NCBI GenBank assembly: GCA_918797485.1
Contig: CAKKNE010000003.1
Location: forward strand, 5,084,001-5,148,000
Direction of reading: 5' to 3'
Length of the DNA stretch: 64,000 nucleotides
Source of the DNA: Pelagomonas calceolata
Lineage: Eukaryota
The notes beneath the pieces are model-generated. The model was given only the letters and a program-made list of their open reading frames with translations, made no database searches and was not told where the DNA came from. Shown here one piece after another: positions 21,161 to 30,772 of the stretch. A program made the position numbers and the translations under genes. Within the stretch, counting starts at the first letter, position 1. Every line of letters starts with the position of its first letter.

Positions 21161-22765
21161 CTAAGCCACCCTGCGGCCAGGGGGAGCGAGACCGCAGAAA
21201 AGATTGTGGCGCGCGAGCCGCAGCCGGTCGACCTGGTCGGAGACAAAGGCGCGGAGCTCCTTGCCCCCCCGCGCGAAGCCACGAATCGCAGCGTCCGACT
21301 GGGCTTTGAGTTTCTTCCATTGCTGGATCTGCTCGAGGCGCGCCGTCTCTGGCGGCTCCCATCGAGCGACCGGCGCGCGGCCGAAGGCGTCGCCGCCAAG
21401 GCACCTCGCGGCGCCGGGCTCGGCCAGCTCGGGCACGGCCTCGACGGCAGCCGGCGCGACCGGGGGCGCGGGCGGTGGTGGCCCGTGGTCGCGGCGCCCG
21501 CGGCCCGCCGGCGGCGCGCGCGGATTCGGAGCGGGTCGCATCGCGTCGACGGCGCCCTGGATCTCGTTGAGCCGCTGTTGCGCCTCCTGGAGGCGCGCAA
21601 GTAGCGGCGGTCCGGGGTCGCCGCTGCTCGGCGCGCCGCGCTGGGCGCGGTGGGTCCGCCCGCCGGCCCTCGCGTCGGCCTCGCGCCGTTCGCGGTCGCG
21701 ACCGTCCTTGAGCGCGGCGTAGCTTGCCACGCGGTCGCGCGCGGTCGGTCTCTGGCGCGCGCGGACCGGACGCGCCCTCTGGACGTCTGGATCCGCCTCC
21801 CACTCGCCGGCGACGCGCGCCTCGAGGAAGTCGGCGAGCGGCGGCGGCCCCCGCGCCGCCGGCGGGCTCGGCGCCGCGGCCGCGCCGGTCGCGTGAGACG
21901 TCGGCAGACCGAATCGAGACGCCGTCGGCGGCAGCGCCCCTATCGCCACGCCGTGCTTGGTCGCGAGGACCTCCGCGACGTGGCGCGCGGCCGCGTCGGC
22001 GAGGACGGTCCCGAAGACCATGACCTCGTGGACGTCGCCCAGGAAGGCGTCGTGCGGCGGGCAGCCGCCGAGCGTGACGTAGCCCGACGCGCTAAAGACC
22101 GGCGCCGGCGACGCGCCGGCGCGCGGCTTCGCGCCGGCCTCGAACGGCGCTCCGTCGACGGCCATTTCGACGCGACCGTCGAGGCGGTACGCCGCAACAA
22201 GTTTGGTGCCGCTCTCGAGCACCTTGGAGTGGCGCACGTCGCCTGCCGCGGTACGGAAGGCGACGCGCCGGTCGTGGAAGCGGAACTGGCCGAGCGGGTA
22301 GTGGCCGAAGAAGCGCTGGCCGACGGCCCGGTCACCGTCGCGAAGCCACGCCGGAGTCAGGACGAAAAAGCACGTAACGCCGTCGCGGAGCTGCAGCGCG
22401 GAGGCGACGAGCGGCGCCGGGAAGCGCACGCCGCCGCCGGGCGCCGCCGACGCGGCGAACACGCCGGCGGCGCGCGCCGGCGGCGCGTCGTCGGGTGGGA
22501 GCGCCGCGCGCTGCCGCTCGACCGCCGTCCGCCACCGGAGACCGGCGGCTTGCTGCTGCGCCGCCGTCAGTGGCGCGAACACATACCCGCCGCCGCTCTC
22601 GTCGCGCCAGCGCGCGACGGCGCGCGACGCGCGCGCAGCCTCGACGCTCGCCGGCGAGAGCCACAGGACAAGCGACGGCCGCACCTCGGGTGCCAGTGCC
22701 GGCTGCGACCGCGCGCCGGCGGCTGCCGCGAGGATCCAGGCGAGCCGCCGGCTGCCGGGGGGCAT
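21161..22765 (-). CDS. Secreted protein with LamG/concanavalin-like domain
   Basis: Signal peptide; LVLWL...VARWRDESG...FLGDVHEVMVFGTVL pattern. Confidence 0.7.
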   Translation of the reverse strand: MPPGSRRLAWILAAAAGARSQPALAPEVRPSLVLWLSPASVEAARASRAVARWRDESGGGYVFAPLTAAQQQAAGLRWRTAVERQRAALPPDDAPPARAAGVFAASAAPGGGVRFPAPLVASALQLRDGVTCFFVLTPAWLRDGDRAVGQRFFGHYPLGQFRFHDRRVAFRTAAGDVRHSKVLESGTKLVAAYRLDGRVEMAVDGAPFEAGAKPRAGASPAPVFSASGYVTLGGCPPHDAFLGDVHEVMVFGTVLADAAARHVAEVLATKHGVAIGALPPTASRFGLPTSHATGAAAAPSPPAARGPPPLADFLEARVAGEWEADPDVQRARPVRARQRPTARDRVASYAALKDGRDRERREADARAGGRTHRAQRGAPSSGDPGPPLLARLQEAQQRLNEIQGAVDAMRPAPNPRAPPAGRGRRDHGPPPPAPPVAPAAVEAVPELAEPGAARCLGGDAFGRAPVARWEPPETARLEQIQQWKKLKAQSDAAIRGFARGGKELRAFVSDQVDRLRLARHNLFCGLAPPGRRVA

Positions 22766-22903
22766 CCACACGCGCCACAGCGCCCCCTTCTTCTCGTAGT
22801 ACTGTGATGAGCTGTCTCAGCCGGGTCCCCGGCGGCCTGGAAGGAAGCAGAATGCGACAAAAAGTACCTACGGTACGATGGGATACTGCGGTATGTGTAT
22901 CTC

Positions 22904-23224
22904 TGTTAGAGAGAGAAACCTACTAGCCCTTCCTACCCTAGATATGTATCTCCCACTCTCTAATATTTGAGTCTATACATCGAGTGTCAAAAGCACTACG
23001 GTGTAACAACAGTTCACTATAAAACACTCTCGCAGTAAGGCCTATCAGCTCTAAGCTGGTTAGCTAGGACCCTGCTACTTACATAACGCTGCGACATACT
23101 CTTACTATGGTAGCAAGAGTATGTCGCAGCGTTATGTAAAGTAGTAGGCCTAGCTCACCAGCCAGAGGCTGGGCCAAGCCAACTACGAGAGTGTTTTATT
23201 ATAAACTGGTGGTTTACACTGTAG
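22904..23224. mobile_element. Two family-A LTR-like fragments in inverted (foldback) arrangement
   Basis: Begins TGTTAGAGAG; perfect 25-bp arms 23079-23103/23115-23139; related fragments at ~20541, ~33825-33935, ~59952. Confidence 0.7.
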
Positions 23225-23609
23225 CGTACCACTAGCAGCTTGTACTAGTACCGTCCGGGGACTCGGAAGTCCAGAATTACATACTCTCAGGCTATTGCCC
23301 GGGCCCCCTGCATCGCAACCCCCCTATAAGTTTCGAAAGTCTCCACGGAGTCTTATGCGTCGCAGGCTAATTCAAGTTCATTCTAATTAGAGCTAAGGGA
23401 AGATAAGGCCCGCCGGCGGGCAGCCTGGGAATGTTACTCCGAGTCGAAAGAATATCCGGTCACGGTGTCCGGCTTGGGGGAGTAAAGCGTTATTTGCACC
23501 CTCGACCTGGCCGGCGGCACCGGCACCTTGGCTCAGGCTGCCGCCGATGTGGTCGACGGCCTTCGCCAAACAGGCTAAATTTAAGTTAAAACAGGAGCCC
23601 GTACGACTT

Positions 23610-24371
23610 TTAGTAGGAGCCAACTGCCGCCCAGACTGCGACGAGCGCCTCGACGGCTTCTTCGCCGGCGTTTCGGAGCGAGCCGTGGAAGCGCCGGTCG
23701 TCGAACGCGTAGGACCCGGCGGTGACGCGCCGCGCGAATGTTGTGCCGTCGCTGCCTTGCACGACGACGTCGCCGGCGGCGTACCAGATGAACAGGCGGG
23801 GCTGGTCGCAGCAGAATGTCGGCGTCGCCTCGCCGGCCGCGAGGCGGAGGCGGTAGAGGCCGATCGCGCCGTGCGTCACGCGCTCGGTGTCGTAGCCACC
23901 GCCAGGCAGCTTGACGCGGCGTGGCGTCGTACAGCACCAGGGGAGCAGGTCGTCGACCTTCTCGAAGCACGGCACTTCCCTCAGGAACGGCACGCCCGTG
24001 ACGAACGCGTTGCAGAGCATGCACCGGGGCTCCGCGTGCGCGACCACCTCGACGTCGAGGCCGTGCACGTCCGCCTCGCCAATGTTTATTATGCGGCGCA
24101 CCATCGGCTCGCGGGAATACGGCGTCGCTTCGACCGTCATCCTCTCGACGGCGGACTCGCGCACGCCCTCGTGAGCCGTCTCGACGCGCACGCGCGTCGT
24201 GCTGAACAAACAGAAGAAACTGTCGACGTCGCGGCGGTGAAACTGCGTCTGGGCGCCCGGCGCGATGCGGAGGCGTATCACGCGAAACAGCGGATGCTCG
24301 TACTCGACGCGATGCAGCGGCTCGTCGTAGACGCTCACGTCGGTCTCCGGCTGCGGCGTGTCCGGGGGCAT
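23610..24371 (-). CDS. Cupin-fold protein
   Basis: EPLHRVEYEHPLFRVIRLRIAPGAQTQFH; second cupin-like half in C-terminus. Confidence 0.7.
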   Translation of the reverse strand: MPPDTPQPETDVSVYDEPLHRVEYEHPLFRVIRLRIAPGAQTQFHRRDVDSFFCLFSTTRVRVETAHEGVRESAVERMTVEATPYSREPMVRRIINIGEADVHGLDVEVVAHAEPRCMLCNAFVTGVPFLREVPCFEKVDDLLPWCCTTPRRVKLPGGGYDTERVTHGAIGLYRLRLAAGEATPTFCCDQPRLFIWYAAGDVVVQGSDGTTFARRVTAGSYAFDDRRFHGSLRNAGEEAVEALVAVWAAVGSY

Positions 24372-25055
24372 CGTCGCGGCCGAAGTGGCTCTCTAGTTTC
24401 AAAACAGCTACGACGCGTTACTGTTTACTCGGGGCACGCCTCTGTTTTACTCTGCAGCCTCCTAATGTGCTCGTCAGGTGTTTGTCCCACTAAGATCACT
24501 ACACGCTAAAAGGTTGGCGGAGCGATGCACGAGGCCGGCGCGAGGAAGAAGCAAACGATTTGCTCTAGGGAGTAGCTCTTAGGCCTCAAGCACCGGTTCA
24601 TCAACCGGTTCAAGCTGATGTTGCGCGGGTATCCCGCTAGCTATCTCTTGGAGTACCATCGCTCTCCTATACTAGTAGTCCCGCCACGTAATGCATGCAT
24701 GCCAGTGTAGCAACCGAAATCGCGGCGGAGGAGGGCTGTCGAATGTCGATAATGCACTCTGGCGGCCGCTGCCCGCCGCGACGGCCTCTACGCTCGTCGC
24801 ACCCAGTGGCACTTCGATAGAGACCGCGAGTTCCGGGCCCGAGTGCTTCGTCCTAACTCGATGACCGAGATGGACGCGCATTTTTAAAGGCAGGAATTTC
24901 GAAAAGGACCTTTAAAAAAATCGTGTACGGCGATAATGCCGCTTTACCTCGTTGGATAATTCCCTGATGGTCCGAGATGGATGTCCGAGAAACTTAAAAG
25001 GCCCCAAAAAATTCAGTCAAAACCCCAAAACCGGCCCTGCCCAAATTGAAGTGAG

Positions 25056-25495
25056 TCATTTTCTGTTCCTGGACCAGGGGTTGCCTTTTTTGTTGGAGTT
25101 AACAAGATCCATCGTCGCCGGTCGGCGGAGCGTCGTGAATCGGAGGACGTCGGCGTGCATCCGAAGCGTCTGCTCGACGCGCGGCAGCGCCGCGGGGCCG
25201 CAGTCAAAGAAAAGCGCTACGCGGCGACCGACGTGGTGGTACCTGCGCGGCGCGGTGCGGCGGTCTCGCCCGAAGCGGCGCGCGACGACCGCGCGGGGGC
25301 GCGCCGGCCGTCGTCGCCGGCCGACGCGTGGCGCGACCGGACGCGATGCGGCAGCCGCGTAACGCCGTGGTGCTCGCAGCTCCGCACGACGCCGCCGGCC
25401 GCCGTGATCTGTTTTGCGCAGCGCCGCAGCAGGTCCGCGAGCGCCGCCGGCGAAGCCCGCGCCGACGCGGTCACGATCTGGTGATACAGCGGCAT
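25056..25495 (-). CDS. MRPS6: Mitochondrial ribosomal protein bS6m; GC-AG intron 25304-25243
   Basis: MPLY...GGVVRS...GVTRLPHR; exon 2 YHHVGRRVALFFDCGP...LRMHADVLRFT; 62-nt phase-2 intron restores frame. Confidence 0.85.
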
Positions 25496-26175
25496 CTCAT
25501 TTAAGCGGCCTTATGGTGCTTCAGAAGCATGTCGCTTCTAGCGATGTATAAATCACTCTCAATTACGGTGACAGTGCCAGACCCTCACCCTCGGGAGGTA
25601 CCGTAGGTACCGTAGGGAAACGGTACAAGGTACTTATTTTTACTACCACCGGCTCCCACGGTACTAACCCCCGTACCGTAAGTACTATCCCGCACTTTAC
25701 GGGTGCCGGCTACGTAAGTCCCCTATAAACCTCCGCGCGTGCGTGCGACTTGCTATTCGCGTCGCCGGCGGAGTACTCCCAAGTGCTACTACGCGCCTGA
25801 GCCGCGGCCCTCTACTAGTGAGGAAACTAGGACGGGGAGGGCGTATCATGGTTTAGGCTCTCTCGTTGGGGTGTAGTTCCCTCGCTGCATTCGACTCGGA
25901 AACGGGGACGGCTCTCCGGCCACCCGGCCCAGACTCGGGGGCAAATATCGGTGTGGCAGAACTCCGTAGGGACCGGCGACGGACTGGCACCTCTGCGAAC
26001 CAAAACATACCAACATCTCCACTGCGCGTCGAATCGGCCGATGTTTCCCCCCTCAAAAAATTCCCCCCGCCCATTGCCGGCGTCGATTTTCATTCGCGCA
26101 CGCACAAGCTCCCAACAGAGCCGGCTGCCCCGCTGTCGCGGGAAGAGAGTCGAGACGTCTCCGGCCTCGACGACG

Positions 26176-28299
26176 ATGATGCGGCACGCCCTGGGCGTCC
26201 TCTTCGCGTGCGCCGGCGCGCTGGCGCTGGACGAAACCGCGGGTTCGGACGTCTCCGTCAGCGCGCGCCTCGTGCTGGCCACCGACTTCGACGCGGCGAC
26301 CTTCAACGCCGACTGGTACGCCCGCGTGCCGCTGCGGCGCGCGCTCGCGCGCCTCGTGTCCGACGAGGCGCGGGGCGTGTGCGTCCAGTGGTGGCAGGAC
26401 TGGGAGGACTGCGTGGCGGACCCCGTCGCGGTGCCCGACGGCGCGGGCCACGCCGTCGACGTGACGGTGCGCGCGCGCGCCGCGGGCGCCGTGTCGGACG
26501 CCGAGGCGGAGCGCCGATACCTGACGTTCGTCCGCGACCGCGCGACGGCGGCGGCGGCCGACGGCTCGCTCGACGCGACGATCCGCGCGACCGCGCGCGA
26601 GGTCGGCGACGCGCTCGGCGAGCGCGGCGTCGAGATCTGGCAGCGCGACGCGGCCGCCGTCGACGGCGCCGCGTCGCGCGCGGCGCTCGCGCGCGCGGAA
26701 GTGGGCGTGCGTCGCCTGCTCGAGCCGCTGAACACGCCGCGCGCGCCGGTGGCGGCGTCGTACTCGTTCTCGTACTCGTTCTCGTACGACATCATCTACG
26801 ACGTCTCCTACTCGTTCTCGTACTCGTTCGAGACGATGGCGCCGACGCCGGCGGCCGTCGCGGCGGTGTCGCTCAACATGGGCTACACGATGGCGCCGCT
26901 CAGCGCGAGCAAGTCGCCGGCGTGGGTCGACTTCTGGGCCAGCGAGACCTACTACGGCTACATGGGCGACGAGGAGGAGATGACCACGCACGCGTACACG
27001 ATGGTGTCGGTCGCGTTCGGCGCAGACTCGGTCTTCGGCGAGGTGACCACCGACAGCGTGGGCGCGACCATCGTCATCGCCGAGGGTCCGAACCCCTGCG
27101 TGCTCGGCACTAGTACCAGCCGAGAAGAATACGACGGGTGTCTCGAAGACAACGGCATCAGCGGCCGCCGCCTGGACGAGAGGGAGCGTGCGACGCCCGC
27201 TCGCGCGTCGCGGAGGCTCGTCGTCGCTGGCGACGACGAAATCGACGAAGTCTGCGGCCCGGCGTGCAACGTGGACGACGGCTCGGTCACCGACGACGCT
27301 TCGAAGCTGGTCGTCGGCATGGAGATCGAAACGGACCTCGAGGCGGAAGAGATTTCCGCCGGCGTCGGCGCGGCGACGGATTCTGTCGTCGCGGCCGCCA
27401 CGGCGGACTGTTCGTGCTCCGAAACCGATTGCAACGCGCTGGCGTGCGCGTTTTGCGACGCTTCGGGCGACGCCGCGTCCGAAGGTTGCGAAGAGGCTTT
27501 TGTCGTTTCAGACGTCGAGGTGGCGTACACGGTCGCGTTCAGTAACGACACCAACGTGACGACCACCTACGAGATACTCGGCTCCGCCACGTTCTCGGGC
27601 ATCTCGTACGACGAGGCGAACGATGCCTCGGCCAAGGCCGTCTTTCGGGACGCGATCGGTCGCCTTTCGGCCAATATCACCGAGAACCGCGTGACTCTCA
27701 CGCACTTGGAGGCGTTAGCGCGCCGACGCCTCTCGGACGGCGTCGTGGTCGACTTTAAGATTAGCGTGACGGCCGCCGAGAAGGCCGCCGTCGAGGACGA
27801 CCTGCAAGCGGCCAGGGATGACCCGAGCCTCCTCGATGCGGCCCTCAAGGCGGCCGCCGCGGATAGTGCTGATCCTACGATGGTGGATGTATTCGCCAAC
27901 ATCAAGACGGAGAGCTTCGACCCCGACATCGACATCGGCGCGGCGACGCCGGCGCCGACGACGCTGGGCTTCTTCAATCTGTTCTACCAGGCCTGTGTCA
28001 CGGGCGGCGATACGTACCCGTTGGGGAGGCGCTTCTCGAACTTGTACTGCCAAGCCGTCGCGCCCGAGTTCGCGGCGCACGAAGAAGAGCACGGCCCTAT
28101 GGGCACGCCGAACGCGCCGCGACCGAGTCCCAGGCCGACGCCCGCGCCCGTCGTGCAGCCGCCGGGAGCGGGCGTCCCTACCTATATGCCGTCGTCGAGC
28201 CCGACCTTCGTCCCGACCAAGGTCCCCATTTCGGCGCCCACCTACGTACCGACTCCGGCGCCGATCACGCCGTCGTATAAACCGACGACAGCACGGTAA
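26176..28299 (+). CDS. Secreted acidic surface protein with SYSF repeats, RRL motifs and Pro/Thr tail; may continue via a donor at ~28296
   Basis: Signal peptide, SYSFSYSFSY tracts, PT repeats. Confidence 0.7.
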   Translation: MMRHALGVLFACAGALALDETAGSDVSVSARLVLATDFDAATFNADWYARVPLRRALARLVSDEARGVCVQWWQDWEDCVADPVAVPDGAGHAVDVTVRARAAGAVSDAEAERRYLTFVRDRATAAAADGSLDATIRATAREVGDALGERGVEIWQRDAAAVDGAASRAALARAEVGVRRLLEPLNTPRAPVAASYSFSYSFSYDIIYDVSYSFSYSFETMAPTPAAVAAVSLNMGYTMAPLSASKSPAWVDFWASETYYGYMGDEEEMTTHAYTMVSVAFGADSVFGEVTTDSVGATIVIAEGPNPCVLGTSTSREEYDGCLEDNGISGRRLDERERATPARASRRLVVAGDDEIDEVCGPACNVDDGSVTDDASKLVVGMEIETDLEAEEISAGVGAATDSVVAAATADCSCSETDCNALACAFCDASGDAASEGCEEAFVVSDVEVAYTVAFSNDTNVTTTYEILGSATFSGISYDEANDASAKAVFRDAIGRLSANITENRVTLTHLEALARRRLSDGVVVDFKISVTAAEKAAVEDDLQAARDDPSLLDAALKAAAADSADPTMVDVFANIKTESFDPDIDIGAATPAPTTLGFFNLFYQACVTGGDTYPLGRRFSNLYCQAVAPEFAAHEEEHGPMGTPNAPRPSPRPTPAPVVQPPGAGVPTYMPSSSPTFVPTKVPISAPTYVPTPAPITPSYKPTTAR

Positions 28300-28926
28300 T
28301 CGGCGCCTCCCTCCTCCCTCCCCCTTCCTGTCCCCCCCTGCCCGCCCGACCCCCCGCCGAAAACGTAATGGTGATCGTGATGGAACTTGATTGAGTCTAT
28401 GAGGAACTCGTATTTTGATTAAGGGCCTTCGCCGCCGCCCGCCCCCGGGGGCGCTACTCTGGCATCCTGGTCTCGCTGATCTCGGCCGCTGCGGCCACGG
28501 CACGGCTTCAATGCCGTGTGGCCGCCATTAGTTTACTCTAATCAACGAACCCAACCCCAGGAGTTGTTTGTTTGTCGCACGCTCCGAGTCACTGACTCAC
28601 CGTCACGGTGACTGCAAGAGCGTCAACGGTTGCCAGTCACGGTGGACAACAGCAAACATCTCTAGAGAACATAGCCTGAGTAAAAACCTGTGCGATAACT
28701 TGAAATAGTTATTTGTTTTCTGGAGCAGCTCCTTCACAACCAGCCGCTCAATAATTGGAACGTGTCCTACGGTACGATACCGCCGTAGGTAGGTACCTAC
28801 GGTACCGCAGTACCTACGGTACCGTAGGTACCGTACTGCGGTAGGTACCGCAGTACAAGGAATCAATATGATGAGCGTGCCGGAGCCGGCCTTAGTGGAA
28901 TTGCGGGCAGCCCGCATCGCCTTCTA

Positions 28927-29478
28927 ATGGCGTCGTGGGGCCACAGCGAAATGGCCGCGCTGCAGGATATCTGCCGCGAGGCGCCCGACGCGGGCCTCCG
29001 GGCGGCGCAGACGTCGGTTGTGGCGCGCGTGGGTCCCGCGGCCGTCGGCGCCGACGCGCCGGCGGGCGCAGCGCCGGCCATCTCAGGCGCCGATCCCAAG
29101 GCCATCTGGGACGACGACGAGATTCCACCCGAGGAAGCGCTGTCGTTCCTCGACGCGGGGTCGGACCCGCGGCCGCGCGCTAAGTTTTCCATGCTCTACA
29201 AGCAGGCTGTCGCCACGGAAGACGTCTACCTCGGCACCGAGAAGACGCCGGGCTCGTGCCACAGCGATGCGCTCGTCTACCGCGTGGAGTTCCCGGACCA
29301 CGCGCTGCGGGAGCTCGACCTCGACGTGACAAAGACGACGCTATCCGCCTCCTCGAGCCGGCTCCGGCTCGCGCTCTACCTGCCGCAGCCCGTTCTCGCG
29401 GACCACGCCAGCGCGGCCTGGGACGACCGGAGGAAACTCCTCAGCGTGACGTTGCCCGTCGATTCGGATGACTGGTAG
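28927..29478 (+). CDS. DNAAF6: Dynein axonemal assembly factor 6 (PIH1D3/Twister)
   Basis: IWDDDEI, DPRPR, YKQAVATEDVYLG, KTPGS and a C-terminal CS domain. Confidence 0.85.
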   Translation: MASWGHSEMAALQDICREAPDAGLRAAQTSVVARVGPAAVGADAPAGAAPAISGADPKAIWDDDEIPPEEALSFLDAGSDPRPRAKFSMLYKQAVATEDVYLGTEKTPGSCHSDALVYRVEFPDHALRELDLDVTKTTLSASSSRLRLALYLPQPVLADHASAAWDDRRKLLSVTLPVDSDDW

Positions 29479-29542
29479 GTGCCTTTAATTACTCCAACAA
29501 AACAGATGCCGGATACATGGGGGGTCCCGCCGGGAGTGATGA

Positions 29543-30647
29543 TCAGGACGCCAACGTCAAGGCCAGCGCGGCGGCCGGCCGAGCGGGCGTGGCCGGAGGC
29601 GGCGGCGCCCCGACCTCGCCGGCCGGCGCACGCTCGCAGACCTGTGCGTCGAGGAGCACGACGTCCGCGGGGCCCTCGCGGCCGCGGGCGAGCCGCGCGG
29701 CAGCGCTCGGGAAGCACAGCGGGTCGTAGATTCTCAGGGAGACGCCCGGTGCGACGCCGAGCGCCCGGCGCGTCGCCGCGTGCAACAGCACCCAGACGAA
29801 GGCGCGCTCGGGGAGCGCGGGGCCGGTCGCGGGCGCGCCGGGTCGCGTGCGCGAGCAATGGGCGTAGCACAGGCTCGCAACCGAGCCGGAGGCGTCCGCG
29901 CACGCGTCGCGGACGACCGTCGCGTCGACGTGCGAGACCGCCGCCGCGCGGGGGTCGCCGAAGGCGCCGGCGCCGCGCGGGAACTCGCCGCTCCGGAGCC
30001 GGTGCGCTGCGCCTGCGACCGCCCTGATCATGCGCCGCGGGAGGGGCGGGCGGGGGCTGGCCGGCGCGATTCGACGCGGGAGCCGCGCCGCCGCGCCCCC
30101 GCCGCACGCTCGCGAGCGCCTCGGCGAGGGGACCCGACGCGCGCCGGCCGCCCGACCGCGGCCGCTTCCGCGACGGCGCGGAGGGCGTCGGCGCGGCGGC
30201 CGCCGACCCGGCGCCGTCCGCGACGAGGGAGACCCACGGCGCCGCGCCGCGTGGCGCCGGCGCGCGCCGCCGCGCCGTGGCGGCGGGCGCGCGGCGGCGA
30301 GCGGCGCGTCGCGCGCGCAGGCCGGCGCCCGACGTCGGCGCCGCGCGGCGCGCGCGCGGGGGCGCCCAGCGCGACGGCAGCGCCATGAGCGTCCGCCGCC
30401 GCGGCGCTTCCGCGCGCGCGACGCGGTCCGCCGCCCCGCGCGCGGGCAGCGCGGTCGGCGGCGGCGGCGGCGCCGCGTCCGCGTCCGCGTCCGCCGCCGC
30501 GCCGCGCCGCCGCGCCGCCGGCGCGTCCGCTCCGGCCGCCGCGCCCGCCAGGGCCCCGCTCCGCTCGGAGGCAGGCTCCGCGAGGACCACGCGGGCCCGC
30601 CAGCAGATCTCCTCCTCCTCCTCCTCCTCCGGCGAGTCCTCGATCAT
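29543..30647 (-). CDS. Hypothetical protein (possibly SPIDR-like); putative GC-AG intron 30102-30024
   Basis: 79-nt intron joins GPLAEALASVR to AVAGAAHRLRSGEFP...LRIYDP; family call weak. Confidence 0.45.
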
Positions 30648-30660
30648 CGCGCGTGTTATG

Positions 30661-30714
30661 GTGCTAGAGCTATGTTTGTGCTAGAGCTATGTTTGTGCTA
30701 GAGCTATGTTTGTG
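30661..30714. repeat. 17-bp unit x3 in a 125-bp divergent promoter
   Basis: GTGCTAGAGCTATGTTT repeated three times. Confidence 0.9.
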
Positions 30715-30772
30715 TCGGAGGTGCTAGTGGTCTTAACCGCTAGCGCTGGCCCAAAGCAAGGAGTCAAACAAC

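Noticed and set aside
24881..24918. TTTTTAAAGG...CCTTTAAAAA inverted repeat as a terminator
   Set aside because: Eukaryotic context, short and single; no support for function
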